From assembly GCA_045577355.1 (NCBI GenBank), contig JAZNIG010000060.1, positions 934-64,933 of the forward strand: DNA of 64,000 bases, written 5' to 3'. Position numbers and translations under genes: made by a program. This stretch comes from Faecousia sp. (GTDB lineage Bacteria; Bacillota; Clostridia; Oscillospirales; Oscillospiraceae). Below the pieces are notes generated by a model. It did no database searches. It was given only the letters and a program-made list of their open reading frames with translations, and had not been told where the DNA came from. Shown one piece after another: positions 30,795 through 41,151 of the stretch; within the stretch, counting starts at the first letter, position 1, and every line of letters begins with the position of its first letter.

Positions 30795-32210
30795 ATGTAT
30801 CTTTATAATTCATTATCCCATAAAAAGGAACTGTTTACGCCCAATTCGCCGGATGTTGTGAAGATGTACACCTGTGGCCCGACGGTCTATCACTATGCCC
30901 ATATCGGCAACCTGCGGACTTACATTATGGAAGATGTGCTGGAGAAGTCCTTGCGGTATATGGGCTATAATGTTCTGCGTGTTATGAATATTACTGATGT
31001 GGGCCACCTGGCTTCCGATGCGGATACCGGTGAGGATAAAATGCTTAAAGGTGCCAAACGGGAAAATAAGTCTGTGATGGAGATTGCCCAATACTATACG
31101 GATGCGTTCTTTAAGGATTGTGAAAAGCTGAACATTAAGAAGCCTGAGATCATCCAGCCTGCTACGGGCTGTATTGCTGAGTTTATTAAGATCGTTGAGG
31201 GCCTGCTGGATAAGGGATTTGCTTATGTGGCCGGCGGCAATGTGTATTTTGACACCTCCAAGTTGGATAAATACTATGTGTTTAATGACCATGATGAGGA
31301 GGACTTGGCTATTGGTGTCCGTGAGGGCGTAGAGGAAGATGTTAACAAGCGTAATAAGAACGACTTTGTACTTTGGTTTACCAAGAGTAAGTTTGAAGAC
31401 CAGGCTTTGAAATGGGATTCTCCCTGGGGCGTGGGCTATCCCGGCTGGCATATTGAGTGCTCCGGTATCTCCATGAAGTATCTGGGTGAGGATCTGGATA
31501 TTCATGCAGGTGGTATTGACAATGCGTTCCCACACCATACCAATGAGATCGCCCAGTCGGAAAGCTACCTGGGGCATAAGTGGTGCAATTACTGGTTCCA
31601 TGTCCACCATTTGAACACAGACACCGGCAAAATGAGCAAGTCAAAGGGCGAATTTTTAACGGTTAGCTTGTTGGAGAGCAAGGGTTATGACCCTATGGCC
31701 TATCGATTATTCTGCCTGCAGAGCCATTATCGCCGGAATCTGGTGTTCTCGTGGGAGAATCTGGATAATGCGGTTGCTGCCTATGAGAAGCTGGTTAGTA
31801 AGATTGCGGCGCTGAAAAATGAGGGATCCGTAGATCAGCTGGCCTTTGATCAGTTGAAGGAGCGGTTTGTTGGCGCACTCAATGGAGACCTGAATACGTC
31901 TCTGGCGGTTACCGCTGTATATGATGTGTTGAAGGCAAAATGCAATGATGCTACCAAGCTGGCTGCGTTGGCTGATTTTGACCGGGTGCTGAGCCTGAAT
32001 CTGCTACAGGCAGCGGATTCCCTGCTGAAAAAGGTGGCTGAAGAGGCGGCAGCATCAGCCGATCCGGAGATTGATGCTTTGGTGGAAGCTCGGACTGCGG
32101 CTAAGAAAGCGAAAAATTATGCCGAAGCGGACCGGATCCGGGATGAATTGAAGGCCAGAGGTGTTGAAATTATTGATACACCCCAGGGGACGAAGTGGAG
32201 AAAAGTATGA
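30795..32210 (+). CDS. cysS: Cysteine--tRNA ligase
   Basis: YTCGPTVY, HIGN, GWHIECS, KMSKS; RBS GGAGG. Confidence 0.97.
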   Translation: MYLYNSLSHKKELFTPNSPDVVKMYTCGPTVYHYAHIGNLRTYIMEDVLEKSLRYMGYNVLRVMNITDVGHLASDADTGEDKMLKGAKRENKSVMEIAQYYTDAFFKDCEKLNIKKPEIIQPATGCIAEFIKIVEGLLDKGFAYVAGGNVYFDTSKLDKYYVFNDHDEEDLAIGVREGVEEDVNKRNKNDFVLWFTKSKFEDQALKWDSPWGVGYPGWHIECSGISMKYLGEDLDIHAGGIDNAFPHHTNEIAQSESYLGHKWCNYWFHVHHLNTDTGKMSKSKGEFLTVSLLESKGYDPMAYRLFCLQSHYRRNLVFSWENLDNAVAAYEKLVSKIAALKNEGSVDQLAFDQLKERFVGALNGDLNTSLAVTAVYDVLKAKCNDATKLAALADFDRVLSLNLLQAADSLLKKVAEEAAASADPEIDALVEARTAAKKAKNYAEADRIRDELKARGVEIIDTPQGTKWRKV

Positions 32211-34738
32211 AACTGCTGATACTTGACGGTAACAGTGTTATTAATAGGGCGTTTTATGGGGTGCGGTTGCTGACAACCCGGAGTGGTCAGTTCACCAATG
32301 CTATTTTTGGTTTTTTGAACATTCTTGATCGGATCGAGAAGGAAGAGCAACCGGAAGCGGTGTGTGTTGCTTTTGATCTGCATGGACCAACCTTTCGCCA
32401 TGAGAAGTATGATGGCTATAAAGCTACCCGCCATGGCATGCCGGAGGAATTGGCCCAGCAGATGCCGGTAATGAAGCAGGTTTTAAGAGCTATGAACATT
32501 CCCATTTATGAGTGTCAGGGCTGGGAAGCAGACGATGTGATCGGCACTGTAGGCAGGATCTGCGGAGAAAATGACTGGGAATGTGTAATTGTTACGGGAG
32601 ATCGGGATAGCTTGCAGCTCATTGATTCCCATGTACGTGTGAAACTGGTGATCTCCAAGCCCGGTCAAACCAATGCGACGCTCTATGATTCGGAGAAGTT
32701 CCGGGAGGAATATGGATTTGAGCCGCCCCAAATGGTGGATTTGAAAGCGCTCATGGGGGATTCCTCTGATAACATTCCCGGTGTTGCAGGGGTTGGCCCT
32801 AAAACTGCGTCTGAGCTGCTTTTAAAGTTTGGTTCTCTGAACGGAGTCTATGAAAATATACAGGATCATTCCATCCGCCCCAAGCTTCGCGAGAAATTGG
32901 AATCAGGTAAAGAAAGTGCGTACCTTTCTTATGACCTGGCGACGATTCGTACCAATGCGCCAATTGATTTTACGCCCATGGATGCCATTATTCAACCCTA
33001 TAACCGGGCTGAGCTGTATAAGCTTTTTACACAATTGGAATTTGTGCGTCTGATCGATAAATATGGTCTTCGTGGTGTTGCGGAGGAACTGCCAAAACCG
33101 GAGAGAAAGACGGAAACGCTGCCTAAAGCAACGGAAATTCCTTCCTGTTGTAATTGTTATACACTGTATATTGCGCCGGATGGCAGTGTGGGTGTGGCAT
33201 GGCAGGAGGGTGTTTGCGCGGTTACGCCGCTGGAAGCGGAGTGCCTGATGCCGTTGCTGATGAATAGTGACGGCGGTGTTTGTCATGATTTGAAGGCAAC
33301 ACTCCATGCGCTGGATGAAATAGGGCTTCCTCATGGCCGGTTTGTATTCGATACTGCATTGGCTGCTTATGATTTAAATCCCTCCCAGTCTGATTATGCT
33401 GTATCCAAGCTTGCTACCAATTATTTGGGAAGCAGTGCTGAGGATGGGGATGCTGCAGCCTGTGCGGAAGCGCTTTGGCATATGAAACCGATTCTGGAAG
33501 CGGAATTGGAAAAACAAGGGATGGCTCAATTATACACGCAGATGGAATTTCCCTTATGCGCTGTGCTTTACCGAATGGAGAAAGCGGGCGTGGCGATTGA
33601 TAAAGCGCAGTTGGAGCAATTTGGTGCGATGCTCGCCGAGCGAATTGCTGCCTGTGAAGAACTGATCTTCTCCTATTCCGGTGCTCCCTTTAACATTAAT
33701 TCTACCAAGCAGTTAGGTGAGTTGCTGTTTGAGAAGCTAGGCTTGCCACCTGTTAAGAAAACCAAGACTGGCTACTCTACCAATGCGGATGTGCTGGAAA
33801 AATTAAAAGGAAAGCACCACATTATTCCGGCTATCATGGATTATCGGATGCTGACCAAGCTGAAATCTACCTATGCGGACGGGCTGATCAAGGTGGTTGG
33901 TGATGATGGGCGGATTCATACCACATTTCAGAATTTAGTGACTGCCACAGGCCGGCTCTCTTCCGCTGAACCGAACCTGCAAAATATTCCAGTTCGAACG
34001 GATTTGGGTGCAGAGATTCGGAAAATGTTTATTCCAAGGCCAGGATGTGTGCTTGTTGATGCGGACTACAGTCAGATTGAATTGCGGGTTCTTGCGCATA
34101 TTGCAGACGATGCGGTAATGCAGCAGGCTTTCCGCAGCGGTATGGATATCCACACAGTAACGGCCTCTCAGGTGTTTGGAGTAGAGCCTGCTCAGGTAAC
34201 GCCCCTGCAGCGGCGGCATGCAAAGGCAGTCAACTTCGGTATTGTTTACGGTATTTCTGAATTTTCCCTTTCTGAGGATATCGGTGTCAGCCGGTATGAG
34301 GCTAAGGCGTATATTGAGAATTACCTGAATAATTATCACGGTGTGCGTGCATATATGAAGCGAGTGGTGGAGGAAGCGAGACAGCAGGGCTATACCCAGA
34401 CTATGTATGGTCGACGCCGATATATTCCGGACTTGAAAAGCAGTAATTATAATATGCGACAAGGCGCGGAACGAATTGCGTTGAACACGCCTATTCAGGG
34501 AACAGCAGCGGATATCATTAAGCTGGCTATGATTCGGGTAGATAGTGCCCTTCATGACGCGTTTCCGCAGGCACAGATGATCCTGCAGGTTCATGATGAA
34601 TTGATCATAGAGTGCCCGGAGGAGTTTGCACCCCAGGTCGCAGAGTTGGTAAGTAAGGAAATGGAGCAGGTCGCGGCCCTGAGTGTTCCGCTTTTAGCAG
34701 AAGCGAAGTGGGGCAGTAGTTGGTATGAGGCGAAGTGA
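32207..34738 (+). CDS. polA: DNA polymerase I
   Basis: 5'-3' exonuclease LILDG, EADD, GDSSDNIPGV; polymerase DYSQIELR, KAVNFGIVYG, QVHDE. Confidence 0.97.
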   Translation: MKLLILDGNSVINRAFYGVRLLTTRSGQFTNAIFGFLNILDRIEKEEQPEAVCVAFDLHGPTFRHEKYDGYKATRHGMPEELAQQMPVMKQVLRAMNIPIYECQGWEADDVIGTVGRICGENDWECVIVTGDRDSLQLIDSHVRVKLVISKPGQTNATLYDSEKFREEYGFEPPQMVDLKALMGDSSDNIPGVAGVGPKTASELLLKFGSLNGVYENIQDHSIRPKLREKLESGKESAYLSYDLATIRTNAPIDFTPMDAIIQPYNRAELYKLFTQLEFVRLIDKYGLRGVAEELPKPERKTETLPKATEIPSCCNCYTLYIAPDGSVGVAWQEGVCAVTPLEAECLMPLLMNSDGGVCHDLKATLHALDEIGLPHGRFVFDTALAAYDLNPSQSDYAVSKLATNYLGSSAEDGDAAACAEALWHMKPILEAELEKQGMAQLYTQMEFPLCAVLYRMEKAGVAIDKAQLEQFGAMLAERIAACEELIFSYSGAPFNINSTKQLGELLFEKLGLPPVKKTKTGYSTNADVLEKLKGKHHIIPAIMDYRMLTKLKSTYADGLIKVVGDDGRIHTTFQNLVTATGRLSSAEPNLQNIPVRTDLGAEIRKMFIPRPGCVLVDADYSQIELRVLAHIADDAVMQQAFRSGMDIHTVTASQVFGVEPAQVTPLQRRHAKAVNFGIVYGISEFSLSEDIGVSRYEAKAYIENYLNNYHGVRAYMKRVVEEARQQGYTQTMYGRRRYIPDLKSSNYNMRQGAERIALNTPIQGTAADIIKLAMIRVDSALHDAFPQAQMILQVHDELIIECPEEFAPQVAELVSKEMEQVAALSVPLLAEAKWGSSWYEAK

Positions 34739-35178
34739 TGGAATATATTTTAATGGATGAAAGCCATATTGAAGCCATTGCCGGTTTGGAACAACAATGT
34801 TTTTCAGACCCGTGGAGTATCAGGTCTATTTCATCTGAACTGGAAAACCCCCTGTCACTTTGGATTGTGGCAATGGATGGATCTGTTCTGGCCGGTTATG
34901 TGGGGTCCCAGTCTGTGATGGGGTGGGCGGATATGATGAATCTGGCAGTTTTACCGGAATATCGCGGTAAGGGTGTGGGCGCATCCCTGGTGCTGGAGCT
35001 GATCAGACGACTGCAGGAAAAACAGGTGTCTTGCCTGACACTGGAGGTACGTATCTCCAATGAACCTGCCATCCGACTGTATGAAAAATTGGGCTTTACG
35101 GAAGTAGGGCGAAGACCCGCATACTATCACAATCCAAAAGAGGATGCGCTGATCTTGAGAAAGGAGTGGGTGGTTTGA
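34738..35178 (+). CDS. rimI: Ribosomal-protein-alanine N-acetyltransferase
   Basis: NLAV.PEYRGKG, TLEVR.SN..A..LY, YY..PKEDA. Confidence 0.9.
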   Translation: MEYILMDESHIEAIAGLEQQCFSDPWSIRSISSELENPLSLWIVAMDGSVLAGYVGSQSVMGWADMMNLAVLPEYRGKGVGASLVLELIRRLQEKQVSCLTLEVRISNEPAIRLYEKLGFTEVGRRPAYYHNPKEDALILRKEWVV

Positions 35179-36191
35179 ATATTTTAGCAGTGGAGTCGTC
35201 TTGTGATGAAACCGCAGTTGCAATTGTCAGGGATGGCAGGCATATTCTAACGGACTGCATAGCTTCTCAGGTGGAGCTGCACCGGATTTACGGCGGTGTT
35301 GTACCGGAGATTGCTTCTCGTAAGCACATTGAAGCTATTTATGGCTTGGCAAATCAAGCCTTAGAGCAGACTGGTTTGACAAGAGATGAAATTGATGCGG
35401 TTGCAGTGACATATGCACCAGGCTTAATCGGCGCGGTATTGGTAGGTGTTAATTTTGCCAAAGCAGCTGCATTGGCAATGCAGAAGCCGCTGATCCCAGT
35501 TCACCATATACGGGGACACATCGCTGCAAACTATCTGGTGTATCCGGAGTTGAAGCCACCGTTTCTGTGTCTGGTTGTATCCGGCGGACACACCTTGATC
35601 GTTGATGTGGAAGATTATACTAAGATGGAAATTTTGGGCACAACGCTGGATGATGCGGCAGGGGAGTGCTTTGATAAGGTTGCGCGTGTTTTGGGGATGC
35701 CTTATCCCGGCGGTGCGGCATTGGATAAGGCTGCTATGCTTGGAGATGAGGCAAAGTACAATTTGCCCCGTTCAAAACCGGGCCAGAATCCCTATGACAT
35801 GAGTTTTTCTGGCCTGAAAACAGCTGCCCTTAATCTAATCCACCACGCCCAACAGGTAGGGGAGGAATTGGATGTGAACAGCTTATGTGCTGCTTTTTCT
35901 TCCGCGGTGTCAGACACTCTCGTGCCTCGGGTGATGATGGCGCTGGAGCAGACCGGGCGGCGCAAGCTGGCTGTGGCTGGCGGTGTTGCTGCCAATTCCC
36001 GTATCCGAGCGGATGTACTTTCTGCGGCCAGGAAGCTGGGAGCAGAGGTTTATATGCCGCCACTGTCACTATGTGGCGACAATGCTGCTATGATCGGTGC
36101 ACAAGGCTACTATGAGTATCTTGCTGGAAATGTGGCGGATATGCACCTGAATGCTTACGCTACCAAATCTATACTGGGTGAAACGTTATGA
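35175..36191 (+). CDS. tsaD: tRNA N6-threonylcarbamoyltransferase
   Basis: ESSCDET, GGVVPEIASRKH, HHIRGH, VSGGHT, DNAAMI; TTG start after AAGGAG. Confidence 0.96.
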   Translation: MNILAVESSCDETAVAIVRDGRHILTDCIASQVELHRIYGGVVPEIASRKHIEAIYGLANQALEQTGLTRDEIDAVAVTYAPGLIGAVLVGVNFAKAAALAMQKPLIPVHHIRGHIAANYLVYPELKPPFLCLVVSGGHTLIVDVEDYTKMEILGTTLDDAAGECFDKVARVLGMPYPGGAALDKAAMLGDEAKYNLPRSKPGQNPYDMSFSGLKTAALNLIHHAQQVGEELDVNSLCAAFSSAVSDTLVPRVMMALEQTGRRKLAVAGGVAANSRIRADVLSAARKLGAEVYMPPLSLCGDNAAMIGAQGYYEYLAGNVADMHLNAYATKSILGETL

Positions 36192-36194
36192 TTA

Positions 36195-36232
36195 AAAACT
36201 GCAGGATTTTAATTATAATCCTGCGGTTTTTG
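36195..36232 (+). terminator. Terminator of cysS-polA-rimI-tsaD
   Basis: AAAACTGCAGGATT...AATCCTGCGGTTTT. Confidence 0.65.
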
Positions 36233-36361
36233 CGTTTGGGCATATAGAAAATCAGTCGATGTAGTTTCAATTGCAACAAAACTGCAAAAAAAGATAAGAA
36301 TACGGAAAGTTGCTTAATTTTCCGAAATACTATTAATGCGAGGGAATAATAAGGGATCGCC

Positions 36362-36400
36362 TGTGGGAAGCTCTGTGGAGAATGTGTATAACTTGTATAA
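36362..36400. promoter_or_regulatory. Cluster of DnaA-box-like 9-mers
   Basis: TGTGGGAAG, TGTGGAGAA, TGTGTATAA (perfect TGTGNATAA), CTTGTATAA, all in one orientation. Confidence 0.55.
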
Positions 36401-36563
36401 AATTTTACAAATACAAACAATCTGAAATTAAGACTTCCGGAAAATAATGAAGGAAAAATGCGAGAAAATTTATTTTCGGCATGGAGAAAATACTGATTAA
36501 TTAAAAAAAACAGACTGCTTTATTAAAATAGTATATCAGATACCAATAAGAGGAGTTTTGGAA

Positions 36564-37061
36564 ATGTTTGTAATTGCTAATTCGATGAAGGAATTGGACT
36601 TTCGTCAATTGTGCTACGTATATGCACAAAGCAATTCCGAGCGAGGTGTGCGTGATTATCCGAGACATTCAGTTGGAGAGCAAATTATATTTGCTGAGCA
36701 GGACTTCTATCGGGATTTGCAGTACTTTCTGCTAGAAGAAAGAGCTTTTTATGCAATTTGGGCACCGGAAGGAAACTATGTTTCAGCTTTGCGAATGGAG
36801 CCGTACTTGGAGGGGTTTCTGTTAGGGAGCTTGGAGACTGCTCTTTCTGCCAGAAGAAACGGATATGCGCGAGACTTGATCAACGCTGTGCTTTCTTACA
36901 TGTCCAAACAGGGGGATAAGACTGTTTATTCTCATGTGAATAAGAAGAATTACGCTTCTCTTGCTGTACACTTGAAATGCGGTTTTACAATATGGCTGAA
37001 TCATGCCAATTATGTGGATGGTTCAATTTCGCGGAATGCGTATACTCTAAAATACGAATAA
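36564..37061 (+). CDS. GNAT-family acetyltransferase
   Basis: LET...RRNGYA motif A, N.ASL.VH.KCGF motif B; RBS GAGGAG. Confidence 0.8.
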   Translation: MFVIANSMKELDFRQLCYVYAQSNSERGVRDYPRHSVGEQIIFAEQDFYRDLQYFLLEERAFYAIWAPEGNYVSALRMEPYLEGFLLGSLETALSARRNGYARDLINAVLSYMSKQGDKTVYSHVNKKNYASLAVHLKCGFTIWLNHANYVDGSISRNAYTLKYE

Positions 37062-37174
37062 CAGAATTGGTAGACCATGCTGGTTATATAGGGATTGCAC
37101 ACGCAATAGGGATTCTCGCTTTACATAGTTATTCATTTGGCGATCTTTAACATTTATTAGTCATATAATGCAAA

Positions 37175-37204
37175 TCGCACCCACTTTCATTGAAGTGGGT
37201 GCGA
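37175..37204. terminator. Bidirectional terminator
   Basis: TCGCACCCACTT-TCATTG-AAGTGGGTGCGA between convergent genes. Confidence 0.7.
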
Positions 37205-37272
37205 CAATTTTATACAGAAAACGGATTGATGGTAGACTGGAAAGAAAGTCAGCTATTCGTGGCTGCTTAGAA

Positions 37273-37704
37273 TTAGGCGTATTTTTCTTTTAAGTACCGG
37301 ATTGCCTGTTGGTAACCGTCAAGACCCTGGCCTTTAATGGTTTTCTCGCAAGCAAGGCCAACGTAGGAGACCTGACGAAAGGCCTCTCTGGAATCCACAT
37401 CGGAAATGTGGACTTCTACAGCAGGAATCGCCACGGATTTGAGGGCATCCAGAATAGCTACAGAAGTATGTGTGTAGGCAGCAGGATTGATCACGATGCC
37501 GTCAATATTACCATAGGCAGATTGGATCTTGTCTACCAGATCTCCTTCATGATTAGATTGGTATTGCTCAATTTGAATATTGTACACCCTTGCCCAGCCT
37601 TCCAGTAGGTCAAGTAAATCAGCAAAAGTTTGCTTGCCGTATATGCTTGGCTCCCGAACACCCAGCATGTTCAAATTTGGGCCATTAATGACCAATATTT
37701 TCAT
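37273..37704 (-). CDS. aroQ: Type II 3-dehydroquinate dehydratase
   Basis: NGPNLNMLG.REP..YG, QSNHEG, NPAAYTHTS, EVHIS. Confidence 0.96.
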   Translation of the reverse strand: MKILVINGPNLNMLGVREPSIYGKQTFADLLDLLEGWARVYNIQIEQYQSNHEGDLVDKIQSAYGNIDGIVINPAAYTHTSVAILDALKSVAIPAVEVHISDVDSREAFRQVSYVGLACEKTIKGQGLDGYQQAIRYLKEKYA

Positions 37705-38924
37705 CGTGGATCCTCCATTGTCAAAATGAAATTGACAGTTTCTTCAGGTAGACTGTTGTTAGCAACGGCACAGTCAGCAAAGCGCTCGTACATGGGTTTA
37801 CGGATCTGGTACATATCCCCCAGATTGCCAGCCTGTGACAAAGGCCTGCCGTCTATTGGCAATTTCTGAATGTCACGCTGTAGCCAGATAATACGGCCAT
37901 TCTGGTGTAGCAGGGGATAGTTTTCTTCTTTAGTAACACAGCCGCCACCGGTAGCAATTACCAAACCGGACTCCTTACCTAACTGTGAAAGGACCTTTGT
38001 TTCCCACGCCCGGAAGCCGGCCTCACCGGATTCAGCAAAAATTTCCGGAATCGGTTTTCCTGTTTGCTCGGTAATAACCCTATCAGCATCCACAAAGGAT
38101 TTCCCCAGCTGTTTTGCCAGCATACTTCCGATTGTGGATTTTCCGCTGCCTGGCATGCCGATCAGAACGATATTCTCCATCTGATGACGCAGCCGGTTAT
38201 AAACATATCCAATTAATTCGTCATCAATAGTATGCCTGGTAAACCATTCTGCGCTCTCCTTGGCTTGGGCTACTAACATCCAAAGACCATTCTCCGTGAT
38301 TAGCCCTCGCATTTGGGCATCCAAAAGAAGCTTTGTACGTGCAGGGTTATAAACCAAATCCAGAACGCCCTCAAGCTTTGGAAATTTTGCCAGGTCTAAA
38401 GGACTGACACCTGTGTTGGGATACATGCCAACTGGCGTTGTGTTTACGATAACGGAAGCGTCAGCATGACGATCCAGATTGGTATAGTTATCCTCACCGC
38501 AACGGGAGATCACAACGACATGAGCACCAAGTTCTTGCAGGACGGCCACAGCGGTGACAGAGGCGCCTCCGCTGCCCAGTACAAGCACCTTTTTTTCAGC
38601 AATTGAAAGACGGCTTTTTTTTACCATAGAAAGAAAGCCGAAATAGTCTGTGTTATGGCCGACCAGACTACCGTCAGCTCGACGGACTATGGTGTTTACA
38701 GCGCCCATGCGCTCGGCACAGTCCGACAATTCAGCGCAGTAAGGGATCACGTCCTTTTTGTAGGGGATTGTTACATTTAGGCCGGTAAAATCACCGTTTT
38801 TTAAAAAGACTTCTAATTCTTCCGGCCGCTTTTCATATAAGGTATAGGGATAATCTCCCAGATAGCTATGGATCTGGGGAGAATAGCTGTGCCCCAATTT
38901 TTTGCCTAACAATCCACAACGCAT
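37701..38924 (-). CDS. aroE: Fused shikimate dehydrogenase / shikimate kinase (AroE-AroK)
   Basis: HSYSP, NVTIPYK, GAVNT, NTDY, then IGMPGSGKST, ATGGG and RPL kinase motifs. Confidence 0.92.
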   Translation of the reverse strand: MRCGLLGKKLGHSYSPQIHSYLGDYPYTLYEKRPEELEVFLKNGDFTGLNVTIPYKKDVIPYCAELSDCAERMGAVNTIVRRADGSLVGHNTDYFGFLSMVKKSRLSIAEKKVLVLGSGGASVTAVAVLQELGAHVVVISRCGEDNYTNLDRHADASVIVNTTPVGMYPNTGVSPLDLAKFPKLEGVLDLVYNPARTKLLLDAQMRGLITENGLWMLVAQAKESAEWFTRHTIDDELIGYVYNRLRHQMENIVLIGMPGSGKSTIGSMLAKQLGKSFVDADRVITEQTGKPIPEIFAESGEAGFRAWETKVLSQLGKESGLVIATGGGCVTKEENYPLLHQNGRIIWLQRDIQKLPIDGRPLSQAGNLGDMYQIRKPMYERFADCAVANNSLPEETVNFILTMEDPR

Positions 38925-40066
38925 CAAACCACCTCGGTGTAGCTTCCTAAATACTTAAATTCCTCGCAAAGATCATCCAGCTCACACATGAGCTGTACAA
39001 ATTCCTCGGAGTAGATGGAGGTCTCCAGATCGAAGTAGAACATAAATTCAAAATCCCGGTCAGGGATAGGGCGGGACTCCAGTTTGATTACATTAATCCC
39101 TAGCACATACATTCTGGCCAGGACTTTGTACAGTGCTCCAGGTTTGTGGGACAGTACCATCATAATACTGGTCTTATCAGAACCAGGGTAGATTTCCAGA
39201 TTCTTACTAATGCAGATGAAACGGGTTCGGTTATTACCCTTATCCTGAACGGAGTCTGCAAGGCTTTTTAAACCGTACAGTTCCTCGCAAGCATGGCTGG
39301 ACAGGGCAGCTACATCTAATCGGCCGGACTGTGCTACCATGTTGGCTGCAACAGCAGTATTCTCCACTGTAGTAACCTTGACCTTGGGGTGGTTTTGCAG
39401 GAAATCGGCACACTGGTTAATGGCTTGCTCGTGGGAGTAGATTTCTTTAATATCTGAAAACTTAGCACCGGGATTTGCCAAGAGGTTATGATCTACCTTA
39501 AGGCGGAAGGTCCGTACAATGGAGAAATTATGCCGGATCATCAGGTCATATACTTTTTTGACAGAGCCGGCTGTGGAGTTTTCTATGGGTAGGATGCCAT
39601 ATTGACACAGGCCTTGCTCAATGGCATTGAACACGCCGTCAAAATTCTTGAAGTACATGATGAACGGGGATTTAAATATTCTTTCGCAAGCAATCTGCGA
39701 ATAAGCACCCTCAACACCCTGACAGGCTACCATAGGTGCCTGCGGGAAGAGTTTAGGCGTATTGTCAATGGAATGGGTGATTTGCTGATATAGGGGTGTT
39801 GTTTCAGCATTGCGCTTGCTCTGATAACTGCGGCTAAGCTCGAAAAGCATGGAATAGAGCACACGGGTATAGTTTGCCATGTCTGCACCGGCCTTTTGCG
39901 CGACATCCTGCAGGATTTCCCGTTCGCGGGCAGGAACGTAAATGGGCATATTATGGGCCTTCTTATAATCAGCTACCTGTGCGGATAGCCCCATACGTTT
40001 GACAAAAAGCTGCACAAGTTGGTCATCCACCGTGTCAATTTGGTTTCTGAGGTCTTTAATATCCAT
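38924..40066 (-). CDS. pheA: Chorismate mutase / prephenate dehydratase
   Basis: N-terminal CM (LRNQID..D); QGVEGAYS, PIENSTAG, NRTRF, ESRP. Confidence 0.93.
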   Translation of the reverse strand: MDIKDLRNQIDTVDDQLVQLFVKRMGLSAQVADYKKAHNMPIYVPAREREILQDVAQKAGADMANYTRVLYSMLFELSRSYQSKRNAETTPLYQQITHSIDNTPKLFPQAPMVACQGVEGAYSQIACERIFKSPFIMYFKNFDGVFNAIEQGLCQYGILPIENSTAGSVKKVYDLMIRHNFSIVRTFRLKVDHNLLANPGAKFSDIKEIYSHEQAINQCADFLQNHPKVKVTTVENTAVAANMVAQSGRLDVAALSSHACEELYGLKSLADSVQDKGNNRTRFICISKNLEIYPGSDKTSIMMVLSHKPGALYKVLARMYVLGINVIKLESRPIPDRDFEFMFYFDLETSIYSEEFVQLMCELDDLCEEFKYLGSYTEVV

Positions 40067-40080
40067 GATAATCCTCCTAA

Positions 40081-41151
40081 TCAACCCTGTGTAAGGACTG
40101 TATCAAAAACTGCGATAGCAGCTGCGGCTTCCACCACCGGAACTGCCCGGGGCGCAATGCAGGGGTCGTGGCGGCCCTTAACCTCCAGTGATACCGTTTC
40201 CAACTTGCTAAAGGAAGCACTTTGCTGCACCTTGGAAATGGAAGGTGTTGGCTTGATAGCCACCTGAAAATACAGAGGCATACCGGTTGTGATACCGCCC
40301 AAAATACCGCCGGCATAATTTGTCAATGGACGGACTATGCCGTTTTCCACAGTATATGCATCATTGTGCTGGCTGCCCCGTAAATAGGCCGCAGAGTAGC
40401 CTGCGCCAAATTCCACCGCTTTCACTGCGGGGATACCATAGACGATCTGAGCAATGCGGCTTTCCATACCGCCGAACATGGGATCACCCAAACCTGCAGG
40501 CAAGCCGGTTATGGCACATTCCACAATACCACCTACGCTATCACCCTCTGCCAGGGCCTTTGCGATGACTTCTCTCATTTTGGAGCCGGCAACTTCCGAA
40601 ATGACGGGAAAGTCTTCACGTACCTGGTCCAGTTGGGGATTTAAGGGGTCAAAACCGTCGTCAGTAACACCCTCGACACAAACCAGATGAGCTCCGATAC
40701 GGATTCCTTTGGCTTCCAGCCACTGTTTGCACAGACCACCGGCAATACATAAAGGCGCAGTCAGTCTTCCTGAAAAGTGTCCACCGCCGGCCACATCCTG
40801 ATAGCCGCCGTATTTAATCTGAGCAGTATAATCTGCATGGCCGGGTCTGGGGCAATCTTTTAAATTGGAGTAATCCCTGGATCGGGTATTGGTGTTGTGT
40901 ATAATCGCCGCAATGGGAGCACCGCAGGTGTAACCATCTGAGATACCAGACAAAAATTCCGGTTTGTCTTCTTCATGGCGAGGGGTAGAGTAGTCATTTT
41001 GGCCGGGAGCTCTGCGGTTCAAAAAGGCCTGCAGCTTTTGAGTATCTACCGGAAGGCCCGCGGGAATACCATCAAGGGCCATGCCAATAGCAGGGCCGTG
41101 GGATTGTCCAAATATGGAGAGTTTGAGCCTCTCACCGTATGTACTGCTCAT
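40081..41151 (-). CDS. aroC: Chorismate synthase
   Basis: FGQSHG, PRPGHADY, GGILGG, KPTPSI, GRHDPC. Confidence 0.96.
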   Translation of the reverse strand: MSSTYGERLKLSIFGQSHGPAIGMALDGIPAGLPVDTQKLQAFLNRRAPGQNDYSTPRHEEDKPEFLSGISDGYTCGAPIAAIIHNTNTRSRDYSNLKDCPRPGHADYTAQIKYGGYQDVAGGGHFSGRLTAPLCIAGGLCKQWLEAKGIRIGAHLVCVEGVTDDGFDPLNPQLDQVREDFPVISEVAGSKMREVIAKALAEGDSVGGIVECAITGLPAGLGDPMFGGMESRIAQIVYGIPAVKAVEFGAGYSAAYLRGSQHNDAYTVENGIVRPLTNYAGGILGGITTGMPLYFQVAIKPTPSISKVQQSASFSKLETVSLEVKGRHDPCIAPRAVPVVEAAAAIAVFDTVLTQG

